The position numbers were made by a program, and so were the translations under genes. Below are positions 25,168 to 33,595 of a DNA stretch of 50,611 nt, one piece after another. Positions within the stretch are counted from its first letter, which is position 1. Each line of letters starts with the position of its first letter. Source of the DNA: a virus. Taxonomy: Duplodnaviria; Caudoviricetes. The notes below the pieces were generated by a model. It saw only the letters and a program-made list of their open reading frames with translations, ran no database searches and was not told where the DNA came from. The stretch covers positions 1 to 50,611 of IMG/VR virus record IMGVR_UViG_3300036466_000252, one strand, 5' to 3'.

Positions 25168-25379
25168 TACTCGTCGCCCCTGCGGCCGTTACCGCTGTTC
25201 ACGTAGAACTTGAACCACGCGGCGGACGCGGCCACCGTGCCGGTAGCGAAGGCGGCCTGCTCGGGGCTTGGCGCATCCAGCCCGGCAAACCACTGGACGA
25301 CGAACCACGTCAGGGCGGCGTACAGCGCGCAAAGCAGCCGGGGCACTGGCCGCCACCTGTCGAATTTCTCAGCGGTCAT
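25167..25379 (-). CDS. 2-TM membrane protein, holin candidate
   Basis: Two hydrophobic segments; between endolysin and spanins. Confidence 0.65.
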   Translation of the reverse strand: MTAEKFDRWRPVPRLLCALYAALTWFVVQWFAGLDAPSPEQAAFATGTVAASAAWFKFYVNSGNGRRGDE

Positions 25380-25942
25380 GCCGGCACCTCCGTGCGGTTG
25401 TCGATCCAGCCATAGACGAATGCCTCGTTTTTCTCGCGGGCCTCCGCCAGCTCAATATATCGGGCGGCCTGCAAGTGGTCGCATGCTGCGCGCAGCACCT
25501 GCAGCCCATGCGGACCACGCTGCTCGATGAAGGCGTCCAGCGCATCCAGCGTGCGCCGGCCGATATAGCCGTCCGCCACAATATCGGGGTAGAGCTTGCC
25601 ACGGTTGTTGAAGGCATTTAGGGCGCGCTGCATGAACTTGACGCCCCACACCTGCCCCATATTGACGCCGGTATCGGTCAGCTCCTCCGCCAGCCGCTTA
25701 TCGCGCTGCGCGATCCAGTCGAAGTGCGGCCCCCGGTAGTAATCCTGCAGGTAGATTTCAAACGCCAATTCGCGCGGCAGGTCGCGCATTGCGCCTGCAT
25801 AGCCATAAGCCCGGGCAGTGGCCACGGTGATGCCGAAATTGGTTTCGCCGCCCGCGTCGCGCGGGTCATTAACGTAGCCGCCTTCAACCGCGATTATGTC
25901 GTCGATCATGCGGCGCACCTGCGCCGGTATGGTGGCAGTCAT
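25376..25942 (-). CDS. Endolysin, glycoside hydrolase family 108 with peptidoglycan-binding domain
   Basis: 'EGGYVNDPRDAGGETNFGIT', 'DGYIGRRTL', 'FVYGW'. Confidence 0.95.
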   Translation of the reverse strand: MTATIPAQVRRMIDDIIAVEGGYVNDPRDAGGETNFGITVATARAYGYAGAMRDLPRELAFEIYLQDYYRGPHFDWIAQRDKRLAEELTDTGVNMGQVWGVKFMQRALNAFNNRGKLYPDIVADGYIGRRTLDALDAFIEQRGPHGLQVLRAACDHLQAARYIELAEAREKNEAFVYGWIDNRTEVPA

Positions 25943-26229
25943 TTGTGAAAGCGCCTCCGCAAAGTGTAGGTGTACTGGTGGGCAAGAATGTTGACTAGCA
26001 CGCAGGTGTCGAAAAGGTGCCAGCCGGCTGCGCTGGTGCTGATTGCGAAGTCATAAAGGGGCGGGTTCTGGCGACTGGCAGCGGACAGTGTAAGGAACAC
26101 AACGGATACAACGATGTTCATGATTACCGGCTCAATCCGTCGCCCGGAAGGCAAGCAGCGAAGACCAACTATCCCGGCCAGTATGACCAATACTGCCAAG
26201 GTGGTATTGAGTACGCTGAAGAAAACCAT
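25939..26229 (-). CDS. Multi-TM membrane protein (holin/antiholin candidate)
   Basis: About three hydrophobic segments and a basic C-terminus; coupled to both neighbours. Confidence 0.65.
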   Translation of the reverse strand: MVFFSVLNTTLAVLVILAGIVGLRCLPSGRRIEPVIMNIVVSVVFLTLSAASRQNPPLYDFAISTSAAGWHLFDTCVLVNILAHQYTYTLRRRFHK

Positions 26230-26624
26230 TACTTGCGCCCCTTGTAAATGTCGACTATGACGCGACCGAAGTCGGCAAAGAAGCCTTGCGGGTCGTCCGC
26301 AAACGCCTTGCCCAGCTTGAGCAGCCCTGCCAGAAGGTTATCCGCCTGCAGCACCACCAGCGCCAATATCGGCCCCTTGGCACCCGAAGGCAGGCTTTGT
26401 TCTGGTATGTCGTTCAAGTAGCTCTGCAGCAGGTAGCCAACAAAGAGCGCGACAAAGATATGCCGCAGCCAGTCTTTCCATGACCGCTTAACGCGGACCA
26501 ATGTGGCCTTTAGAAGCACAACACCGATCATTATTGCAATCGGTAGCCCCCACTCTGCCGCCATCTGTTCAAGGTCATTTCGCACGTCGCCGCCCGTGTG
26601 TGTGTGTTGATTAATGGCCATCAA
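26229..26624 (-). CDS. Putative holin (start uncertain)
   Basis: About three TM segments; first gene of the lysis cassette. Confidence 0.65.
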   Translation of the reverse strand: MMAINQHTHTGGDVRNDLEQMAAEWGLPIAIMIGVVLLKATLVRVKRSWKDWLRHIFVALFVGYLLQSYLNDIPEQSLPSGAKGPILALVVLQADNLLAGLLKLGKAFADDPQGFFADFGRVIVDIYKGRK

Positions 26625-26758
26625 AATACCTCTGCTCTGCAGTGGTCTGGCCCTGCGTCGCGCCCAGCTGCGCCGGATCAGTTGTTTGATGCGAGTGTAT
26701 CACCCGGGGAGCATATAATCCCCCCGGGTGCAAGGCTGTTGCGGGCAGGGCCGGGCGC

Positions 26759-27163
26759 TTACTTGGGGTGGCGGGCTTTTATTTCCTGCACGGCGGCTAT
26801 CCAGCGGGCTTTTGCCGCATCAGCGTCAGCACCGCCTGTCTCCTTCAGGAACTGCCATTCGATGTAAAGCGGGTCGGACTCGCCGGCATAAGCGCGACGC
26901 CTTACCTCGTCTACGGTAAGCCCGGTGCCGTCGACAAGGCCAAGCTCAGTGCCGGGCGCATTGTCTTCGCTGCCAGCATCCGCCAGCTGCCAGCCTGACC
27001 CCGTAAACACGGCGACGGCGGTATCGCTTGCCTCGGGCGGCGCTATAGCCGTAGCAAACGCCGGCACAAGCCAGTTCCCCGAAACAACGGGGTCTGCGTC
27101 AGCCGTGTCGCTACCCAAGAGCACGCCGCTGCGGGGGTCGTAATGCCATATCTTCATTCTCAT
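26759..27163 (-). CDS. Tail fibre assembly chaperone
   Basis: 'ADADPVVSGNWLVPAFATAIAPP...W' and 'AYAGESDPLY...IKARHP'; directly after the fibre. Confidence 0.8.
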   Translation of the reverse strand: MRMKIWHYDPRSGVLLGSDTADADPVVSGNWLVPAFATAIAPPEASDTAVAVFTGSGWQLADAGSEDNAPGTELGLVDGTGLTVDEVRRRAYAGESDPLYIEWQFLKETGGADADAAKARWIAAVQEIKARHPK

Positions 27164-27167
27164 GCCC

Positions 27168-29210
27168 TCAGTATTTAATGCAGTAAAGCAGCGCAACGTT
27201 GCGCGGGCGCGACTCGTCACCGCCAGACCCGCCTATCTGTTCCCCAGCGCTATTGGTCAGTGCCCCGGTATACTCGCCGTGGTTGCGCTGCGTGTTGCTG
27301 GAATCCATCGCCAAGCCGCCCGAAGGGTCGGTTTGGTCGTTACCGTCGCCAGTACGGAACGGGTGCCCGTGCAGTTTGTTGGCGCTGTCCTGCCAGCTAC
27401 CGAAGCCCCGGCTGCTATCAACGCCCCGGCCGTCATCCCAGCCGCGCACGAACTCGCCGCGCAGGTCTGGCAACCGGAAGTCGCCGCCGCTCTCGCCAAA
27501 CTGGGTGCCTATGGCCGCGTATAACTGCGGGTATGCGGTCTTGGATACGTATGCGCCGTTAGCCTTTAGCCACCCCACGGGGGCAGAACTGGTAGCAAAC
27601 GATGCCACCATGCCCGCCATGTTGTTGGTGCCCTCGGTATAGACTGAGTGCCATGGACCCCATCCAGACTCGCCGCCGCCAGCGTCGTCATTGCCCCGCA
27701 AGTAGAGGTTGCTGTTGCCGTTAGATGCTATCTGCGTGATCTGCAGCCCGTTAGCCATCTGCAAACAAAGTCCATCGAAGTTGCTGTCAGGGTCAGGGCA
27801 GTTGAGGGTGTCGTCGTGGTAACTGAAAACCTGATTACCGTCGATGCTGTTGAAGTCGGCTACGTGCCCCTCGTTGGCGTTGGCGTGCACATATCTATCG
27901 CTTCCGCGCCCGCCAAGATTGTCCGCGTCAGAGGCCGTGTCCGCATTACCGCTGACGTTGATGCCGTAGGTACCCGACAGCCGGGCGGCAGGCAGGGTGC
28001 CGGCATTCATGTTGCCCGCGTTTCGGTAGTAGCTGCCTGCCTGCCCGCCTAGATTATCAGCATCGGCCGCCGTCGCTGCGTTGCCGCTTATGTTGATGCC
28101 GTAGGTACCCGACAGCCGGGCAGATGGCAGGGTGCCGGCGTTCATGTTGGCGGCATCACGGTAGAATGCCGGCGCTTGACCGCCCAGCTGACTGGCGTTG
28201 CTTGCGGTGCCGCTGATATCAATGTCATAGCCACCCGACAGCCGGGCGCGCGGCAGTGTACCCGCCTCCATATGGTCGGCATTCAGAAACCAGCCCATGT
28301 CGCCGGCACGCACCACATCATCGCCAGTGCCGTTGCGAACCTCTGCTGACGTGGCAAGCTTCACGCCGCCTTCAGTGGTTTCGGTTGCGGCTGGCAGGCG
28401 CTGGTAAGGCAGGGTGCCGGCGTTCATGTTGGCCGCGTTGCGGTAGTAGCTGCCCTCCTGTCCGCCCAGTTTGTCAGCATCGGCCGCCGTCGCTGCGTTG
28501 CCGCCGATATTGATGCTGTAGGTGCCCGACAGGCGGGCGGCGGGCAGGATGCCGGCGTTCATGTTGGCCGCGTTGCGGAAAAATCCCATGTCGCTCGACT
28601 GCACGACTTTATCGCCGCCACTGGCGTTCTGTGTTTCTGGTGAGGTGGCTAGCTCAACCAGCCCCGTGCGGGTGGTCGTTGCGGTGCGGCCGCTAAGGGT
28701 GGCCGGCGTTACCGCAAGGGCTGCGGATTCTCCGCCAATAACCTCGGTCTGCGTCGCTATCTCAATCACGCCGAGCCTGTCCGTGGTGGCCGATGGCATA
28801 ATAAAGTCAGTATCGCCAAACGTCAGGGATTGGGCATCAAGAGTTTCCAGCACAACATCAACCGACAAAAGCATGATTGTCGCGCGGGCCTTATCAAGAA
28901 TAACGTCGGGCTGTGAATAGACGGCAAACAGAGTGCCATCCTCTAGATACAAGCCAAATTCTGACATGGAATATTCGTCGTCAGACTCATCCCGCACGGT
29001 CACATGAATAGTGTCCGCCGCCACCACGTCGCCCGAAAATGTAGTGAGCCTTTTGACCTCGCTATTTAGGCTTGTCTGGCCGGCTGACGGCGTGTAATTA
29101 CTAGTCCCGACGCCAATTTCGGTAACCTTTGTCGGGCTGGTGCCCATGTGTTCAGCTGTAACCAATGCCGCCCTGCCCGCATTGGTTATTTGCATCTTGA
29201 GATTGGCCAT
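27168..29210 (-). CDS. Tail fibre protein (P2 gpH-like N-terminus, repeats, C-terminal collar domain)
   Basis: 'ITNAGRAAL...EFGLYLEDGTLFAVYS'; collar 'PVGWLKANGA...YPQLYAAIG...FRLPDLRGEFVRGWD...RPRNVALLYCIKY'. Confidence 0.92.
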   Translation of the reverse strand: MANLKMQITNAGRAALVTAEHMGTSPTKVTEIGVGTSNYTPSAGQTSLNSEVKRLTTFSGDVVAADTIHVTVRDESDDEYSMSEFGLYLEDGTLFAVYSQPDVILDKARATIMLLSVDVVLETLDAQSLTFGDTDFIMPSATTDRLGVIEIATQTEVIGGESAALAVTPATLSGRTATTTRTGLVELATSPETQNASGGDKVVQSSDMGFFRNAANMNAGILPAARLSGTYSINIGGNAATAADADKLGGQEGSYYRNAANMNAGTLPYQRLPAATETTEGGVKLATSAEVRNGTGDDVVRAGDMGWFLNADHMEAGTLPRARLSGGYDIDISGTASNASQLGGQAPAFYRDAANMNAGTLPSARLSGTYGINISGNAATAADADNLGGQAGSYYRNAGNMNAGTLPAARLSGTYGINVSGNADTASDADNLGGRGSDRYVHANANEGHVADFNSIDGNQVFSYHDDTLNCPDPDSNFDGLCLQMANGLQITQIASNGNSNLYLRGNDDAGGGESGWGPWHSVYTEGTNNMAGMVASFATSSAPVGWLKANGAYVSKTAYPQLYAAIGTQFGESGGDFRLPDLRGEFVRGWDDGRGVDSSRGFGSWQDSANKLHGHPFRTGDGNDQTDPSGGLAMDSSNTQRNHGEYTGALTNSAGEQIGGSGGDESRPRNVALLYCIKY
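27910..28590 (-). repeat. Tandem coding repeats in the tail fibre
   Basis: About five copies of RNAANMNAGTLP(A)ARLSGTY.INI.GNA.TA.DAD.LGG; near-identical DNA GGCAGGGTGCCGGCRTTCATGTTG. Confidence 0.9.
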
Positions 29211-29234
29211 GTTGTCGCCTTGTTCCAGTAATAT

Positions 29235-29879
29235 TTAGAAAATAACGAAGTTGCTTTCTGACGCGACGCCAGTGCGCAAAGCTCCACCTGTCAAATCGCT
29301 TGACCGTATGCGCAAATAGCTCGCCGGGCGGGCGGCCGCCTGAATCCCGACGCCCGTTTCCGCCTTCAGGGACAGGCTCCAATCATACTGCGTGCGCACC
29401 GGCTTAACATCATCAATACGGCGCAGCAAGTCTTCCTGAATCTCTGTGCTGACCAGCTGGCCATCAAGCGTATTTATGTCGAGAACCATGGCGACCGTAT
29501 GCGGCGGCCCTTCAGGCGTTGTCTCCCACCACTCTCGGATGGCGATATTCGACCCATAGCTGCGCACCGCCTTTTCCAGTGCGTACCGGGTTCCCTTCTT
29601 TGCCTGCTCGGTGACCAGCGTTTTTACCGCGCTGCGCTTCAAGTCCAGCGACCAGCTGTCACGCCATGTCGTACTGTTCAGCTGCCACGCCAAGTGGTCG
29701 AGGACGTCGGCCGGGGCTTCGTCGATCCTTGCAAAGATGGAGGGCACCACAGCCAATGCGGTGATCTCGGCAAACTCACCATCAAGAGCCTGCATGGCAG
29801 CCGTCACCGTGGGGTCATCCCGGATGCTTTCGGGCACCAAATCCGCGAAGCTGACCTGTCCTAAATCAAGCATCCTCAA
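29235..29879 (-). CDS. Baseplate wedge protein (P2 gpI-like)
   Basis: 'VLDHLAWQ...KKGTRYAL...IREWWE...PHT'. Confidence 0.9.
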   Translation of the reverse strand: MRMLDLGQVSFADLVPESIRDDPTVTAAMQALDGEFAEITALAVVPSIFARIDEAPADVLDHLAWQLNSTTWRDSWSLDLKRSAVKTLVTEQAKKGTRYALEKAVRSYGSNIAIREWWETTPEGPPHTVAMVLDINTLDGQLVSTEIQEDLLRRIDDVKPVRTQYDWSLSLKAETGVGIQAAARPASYLRIRSSDLTGGALRTGVASESNFVIF

Positions 29880-30999
29880 CCCCCTGATAGTTCGCGGTAA
29901 CGCCAGTCTCCTGCGCCACTTGAGTATCGCTTAGGACGGCGAAAACGGGTGCGCGCACAACAACACGCTTTGCCCCAGCGGCCTTGACGCGCTGCACCAG
30001 CTCATCTGGGTTGATGTCACGGCCGATTGAGCCGCGCTGCCACAGGCGGTAATCCTCTACAGCCGCAGTTACGGCCGCCTGTATGGCGGCCGCCTGCGCG
30101 ACATGCTCGACGCTGACGTAATAATCGAAGTCTATAGCGTAACTGGCTGAGTCCGGGGCCAGCACCACCACCTTATCGGATAGCGGGCGCACCGTGTCGG
30201 CAGACAGGACGCCGTAAACCTGCGCAAGTATGTCGGCATCCGGCAGCACGCCCCCTTCAAGCAGCGGACGCACGTAGACCGTGCCCGGCTCGTCCTTCAG
30301 CCCGTAAACCGAAACATCAGTGATTGACTGGTTTGCTGTGCGCGCCCAGAACACGTAGGCAGCGCGAGGCCCGGCAACACTGAAAGACCCCGGGGCAAGG
30401 CGAATGCGGGTCCGCAGGTTTTCATCGCTTTCGGTGTCGGCACCGCCGCTGGTGGTGGTCGTGTTGGCGACTGCCTGCACATAAGGTAGCGGCTCGACCA
30501 GCGTATCAATCTGGCCCGGCAACAGACCGTTACCCGCAACGCCCGGCTCCTTCGCTTCCACAGTGACTTCCCCGGACAGTTGGCCGGCTGGTATATCGAG
30601 CGTCCCCTGCGTCACGAATATGGTGTCGGATGCTGAAACCTCGGCCCCGGGCGGTATTGTCGTAGCGGCCGGGCGGGCGGCCGACAGGGTGACGCGGACA
30701 GTGGCAAGCGCCGGCTGCGGGTCAAGACGGCCGCTATCCTCGCCAAGCACCAGCTCGCCCAGCGCGTCAAGGAATTCGCCCTGTGCATACGACAGCAAGT
30801 TCATCTTGCCCGCATAGTCGATGATGCCCCGCTGTTGGACGATCAGCGCGGCGATTGACTCGAGAAACAGGCGGCGCGGGTCGCCCGGGAAAAGGGTGGT
30901 GCCGGCCACAGCTTCAAAGCCGGTAATGACGGCCGCCTCAATCTTGGCCGCGTCTGTCTCTGCAAATGTCACATCGGGCAGGTTGTTGTTAGCCATCAA
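29866..30999 (-). CDS. Baseplate J-like protein
   Basis: 'GGADTESDENLRTRI...SVAGPRAAY...PGTVYV'. Confidence 0.93.
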   Translation of the reverse strand: MMANNNLPDVTFAETDAAKIEAAVITGFEAVAGTTLFPGDPRRLFLESIAALIVQQRGIIDYAGKMNLLSYAQGEFLDALGELVLGEDSGRLDPQPALATVRVTLSAARPAATTIPPGAEVSASDTIFVTQGTLDIPAGQLSGEVTVEAKEPGVAGNGLLPGQIDTLVEPLPYVQAVANTTTTSGGADTESDENLRTRIRLAPGSFSVAGPRAAYVFWARTANQSITDVSVYGLKDEPGTVYVRPLLEGGVLPDADILAQVYGVLSADTVRPLSDKVVVLAPDSASYAIDFDYYVSVEHVAQAAAIQAAVTAAVEDYRLWQRGSIGRDINPDELVQRVKAAGAKRVVVRAPVFAVLSDTQVAQETGVTANYQGVEDA

Positions 31000-31306
31000 T
31001 CTTGATCCTTACGGTTGGTTTCATTCGGCCATCACCTGCACCGCTATCCTCTACATCGACCGCCAGCACGACCGCGCGGGGTTCCGCAGTCGCCAGACCG
31101 TCCACGATGCGCTGTGCCAGCTGCGCCCGGGCAATCTGGTAGGGCATGTCCACGATGCCCCAGTCCCAGCCGAACGCCCGATCAAGGGGCACGCTTCCTT
31201 GCCGGGTGGCCAGATAGGTGCGGACGTTTTGCAGCACCTCCGCTTGAACTGTTGATGGGGCGAAATCTATCGGCCCCAGCTGGTCGGTAACAATAAACTC
31301 TGCCAT
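30989..31306 (-). CDS. Baseplate wedge gp25/W-like protein
   Basis: 'QNVRTYLATRQGSVPLDRAFG...EPRA'. Confidence 0.88.
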   Translation of the reverse strand: MAEFIVTDQLGPIDFAPSTVQAEVLQNVRTYLATRQGSVPLDRAFGWDWGIVDMPYQIARAQLAQRIVDGLATAEPRAVVLAVDVEDSGAGDGRMKPTVRIKIDG

Positions 31307-31308
31307 TT

Positions 31309-31695
31309 TTACCCCGCGTATTCCTGCAGTTTGATGGTGACTGTTGACGCCATGACCACGCCGTTATTGCTGACGTGCTCCCAGCTGTCAGACACCGACT
31401 TGACCGCGAAGCGACCCTGCGGAATGCCGCCGATCATCAGGGTGTGGTATTCGCCATTTCGGGCCATGGAGCGCACGCGGCCAGCCTCGTCAGCTGGCAC
31501 GATGCCGAGACTGGCATTGAACGTCATGTCGAACTCGATTTCGTCCAGACCAGCGCCGATGAATTCTAGCTTGGGTTGCGTGTTAACGACGTCATGCACG
31601 CCCCAGCGACCGGCGTGCTCGCGCCGCAGCCCGGCAAACGTGCGCACCTTCTCGCTGCTCGATTCAAACGTTACAGGCCCGAATGTCCCGATCAT
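31309..31695 (-). CDS. P2 GpU-like tail protein
   Basis: 'MIGTFGPVTF...PKLEFIGAGLDEI...LQEY'. Confidence 0.88.
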   Translation of the reverse strand: MIGTFGPVTFESSSEKVRTFAGLRREHAGRWGVHDVVNTQPKLEFIGAGLDEIEFDMTFNASLGIVPADEAGRVRSMARNGEYHTLMIGGIPQGRFAVKSVSDSWEHVSNNGVVMASTVTIKLQEYAG

Positions 31696-31704
31696 GTCAT
31701 TCCC

Positions 31705-32373
31705 TTATACGTTGCCGGGCACTTCGCCCTTATGGTTGTGGGTGCGGACGCTGACCCCACCGGCCGTAATGTCGCCATCGCCAGTCAGCTTGCCAGCTAC
31801 CCGGACGTCGCCTGTGATGGTCGCCTGCGCGCCGCTGCCGCCCGTCACGCTCATGCCGCCCTGCACGGCCACCGCGCCAGTAAAGGTCGTCTGAGGGCAG
31901 TCCACGTCCAGCTGCGGGCATGTCAGCGACACGTTACCGCCTGACGTTATGGTGATGGCGTTAGCGTTGTTGACGACGATTTCGCCCACGCAATCCACAG
32001 TCAAACGGCTGGCCTCTCGGTCGTATTCTATCATCGTCCCATCGGAATAAGTGACGTGATCCACGTCACCGCTACTGGTGGGCGTGTCATCGCTACTGCT
32101 GTAGACCGCGCCCAGCACGAAGCCAGCTTCAGCGCCTACCGGCATGAAAAGGCACAGCACGTGCTCGCCAATATCCGGCAGATGCGCATGCTTGTCCCGG
32201 TGCGTCTTGTCGGCCAGCACCTGCAGATTGTAGCTGACCATGTTATCGCGCTCGGCAAAGGTGACCCGCACGGTATAGCTGCCCGCGTCGCGGCTGGTCA
32301 CCTTGCCCACGCGGATCAACTCTTTGAACTTGGCGGCCAGCTGGCGAAGGTCGCGGCTTTGATTGTCGATCAT
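31705..32373 (-). CDS. Baseplate spike (gpV-like)
   Basis: 'LPDIGEHVLC...YSDGTMIEYD' and a C-terminal HxH motif (THNH). Confidence 0.92.
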   Translation of the reverse strand: MIDNQSRDLRQLAAKFKELIRVGKVTSRDAGSYTVRVTFAERDNMVSYNLQVLADKTHRDKHAHLPDIGEHVLCLFMPVGAEAGFVLGAVYSSSDDTPTSSGDVDHVTYSDGTMIEYDREASRLTVDCVGEIVVNNANAITITSGGNVSLTCPQLDVDCPQTTFTGAVAVQGGMSVTGGSGAQATITGDVRVAGKLTGDGDITAGGVSVRTHNHKGEVPGNV

Positions 32374-32374
32374 C

Positions 32375-33388
32375 TCAATACCCCAGTGTCTTGCGTGCAG
32401 TCAGCTCGGTGGAATACCCGCTGCTGCCGTCATAGGTGTGGCGCGCGCGCTCGATCAGGTAGGGACCGTCCAGCGCGCCGAAGCTGGTCAGCAGTGCCGT
32501 CACGCCGGCCTGCATTGTCGTGTCGCCAGCCATGGTGATGGTGGCCGTCACCTCGTCGCGGTTCTTTTCGCGCAACCGGGCAGCAGCCAATTCCCGGGCG
32601 TCTGCCAGTGATTCGACCCGCTCCTTAACTTCCAGCGTCTGTCCGGTGGCCGGCGCGCCCTCTGGCTCGAACACGTATTCAAGGTCGGCATCGTTCTGGG
32701 CGTCGTGGTAACGCACTCGACACTTGGAGTACTTGTCATTGGACTTGGTGCGCAGCCGGGCGGAAGTCACCCTGCTTGTGTCGGCATCAATGAAGCGCGT
32801 CGGGACCGTAGCCTCGGCGTCCTTCTCGCTGTACACCACCAGCCTGCCCTCGGTGAACTTGACGGACAGCCCGCGCTCCTTCGCCTTGCGCCGCAGAAAC
32901 GCAAGGTTGCTTTCTTCGAACTGGTCCACGCGCTGATAACTGACTTTCGGGCCGTCATAGTAGCTTTCGACGCCGGACTCACTAGCCAGCTGTTCCACGA
33001 TTTCCTGCAGCGTGGTGCCCTCCCACGTGCGCACCTTGACTTCCCGGCGCAGCGCCCCGGGCGCGCTCTCGATAGGCGTGCTGGCGGCCTTTATCGTAAC
33101 CGTGTGGGGCATCAGGTTGACCGTCACATCGTCAATCTCAAACGTCCCGCAAGGCAGCACCTGACCGGTAAAAGCGTCCACTATGGCGGCGGTCAGCACC
33201 GCGCCTTTCTGCGGGAACCACGGGCCTGCCCAGTAGCCGTTCCGATCCTGCAGCGTCACCTGCAGGTCATCGGCCTTGTCGCCGTCATTGTCGGTGTAGC
33301 TGAAAGACAAGAGGTCTTTCGATACATCAGCCGTGATGCTGACATTATTGTAAAGCAGCGTCAGCGACGCCCTGCGCGCGTTGGCCAT
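32375..33388 (-). CDS. Baseplate hub / late control D-like protein
   Basis: 'SFSYTDNDGDKADDLQVTLQD...QFEESNLAFL'. Confidence 0.88.
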   Translation of the reverse strand: MANARRASLTLLYNNVSITADVSKDLLSFSYTDNDGDKADDLQVTLQDRNGYWAGPWFPQKGAVLTAAIVDAFTGQVLPCGTFEIDDVTVNLMPHTVTIKAASTPIESAPGALRREVKVRTWEGTTLQEIVEQLASESGVESYYDGPKVSYQRVDQFEESNLAFLRRKAKERGLSVKFTEGRLVVYSEKDAEATVPTRFIDADTSRVTSARLRTKSNDKYSKCRVRYHDAQNDADLEYVFEPEGAPATGQTLEVKERVESLADARELAAARLREKNRDEVTATITMAGDTTMQAGVTALLTSFGALDGPYLIERARHTYDGSSGYSTELTARKTLGY

Positions 33389-33391
33389 GCG

Positions 33392-33595
33392 TCACCCCCT
33401 CCGCCATGGTGGCAGCTCGACCGTGGCCTCGCTGGCTATGGTGGGCACCGTCAGCACAGTGCCAGCTGGAAAAACCACCCGGAACCGCTGCCCCGGGTTG
33501 GCCTCGATCAATGTGCTCATCTGCTTTTCGTCGCCGTAAACGCGAAAGGCGATGATGTCCCATGTGTCGCCCTGCAGGGTGGTGTAATCAGTCAT
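33392..33595 (-). CDS. Tail protein X (LysM-like)
   Basis: 'YTTLQGDTWDIIAFRVYG...LIEANP...LPPW'. Confidence 0.92.
   Translation of the reverse strand: MTDYTTLQGDTWDIIAFRVYGDEKQMSTLIEANPGQRFRVVFPAGTVLTVPTIASEATVELPPWRRG

Noticed and set aside
840-26730. A shared late-promoter motif GGAT(A/T)(A/T)T...TACA(A/C)(T/C) upstream of 815, 10224 and the lysis cassette
   Set aside because: Spacing between the two elements is inconsistent (about 18, 10 and 15 nt), so it is not supportable without TSS data.
27168-29210. Diversity-generating retroelement or invertible tail-fibre system
   Set aside because: No reverse transcriptase or invertase ORF, no template/variable repeat pair with adenine-specific mismatches, and no inverted second fibre tip.
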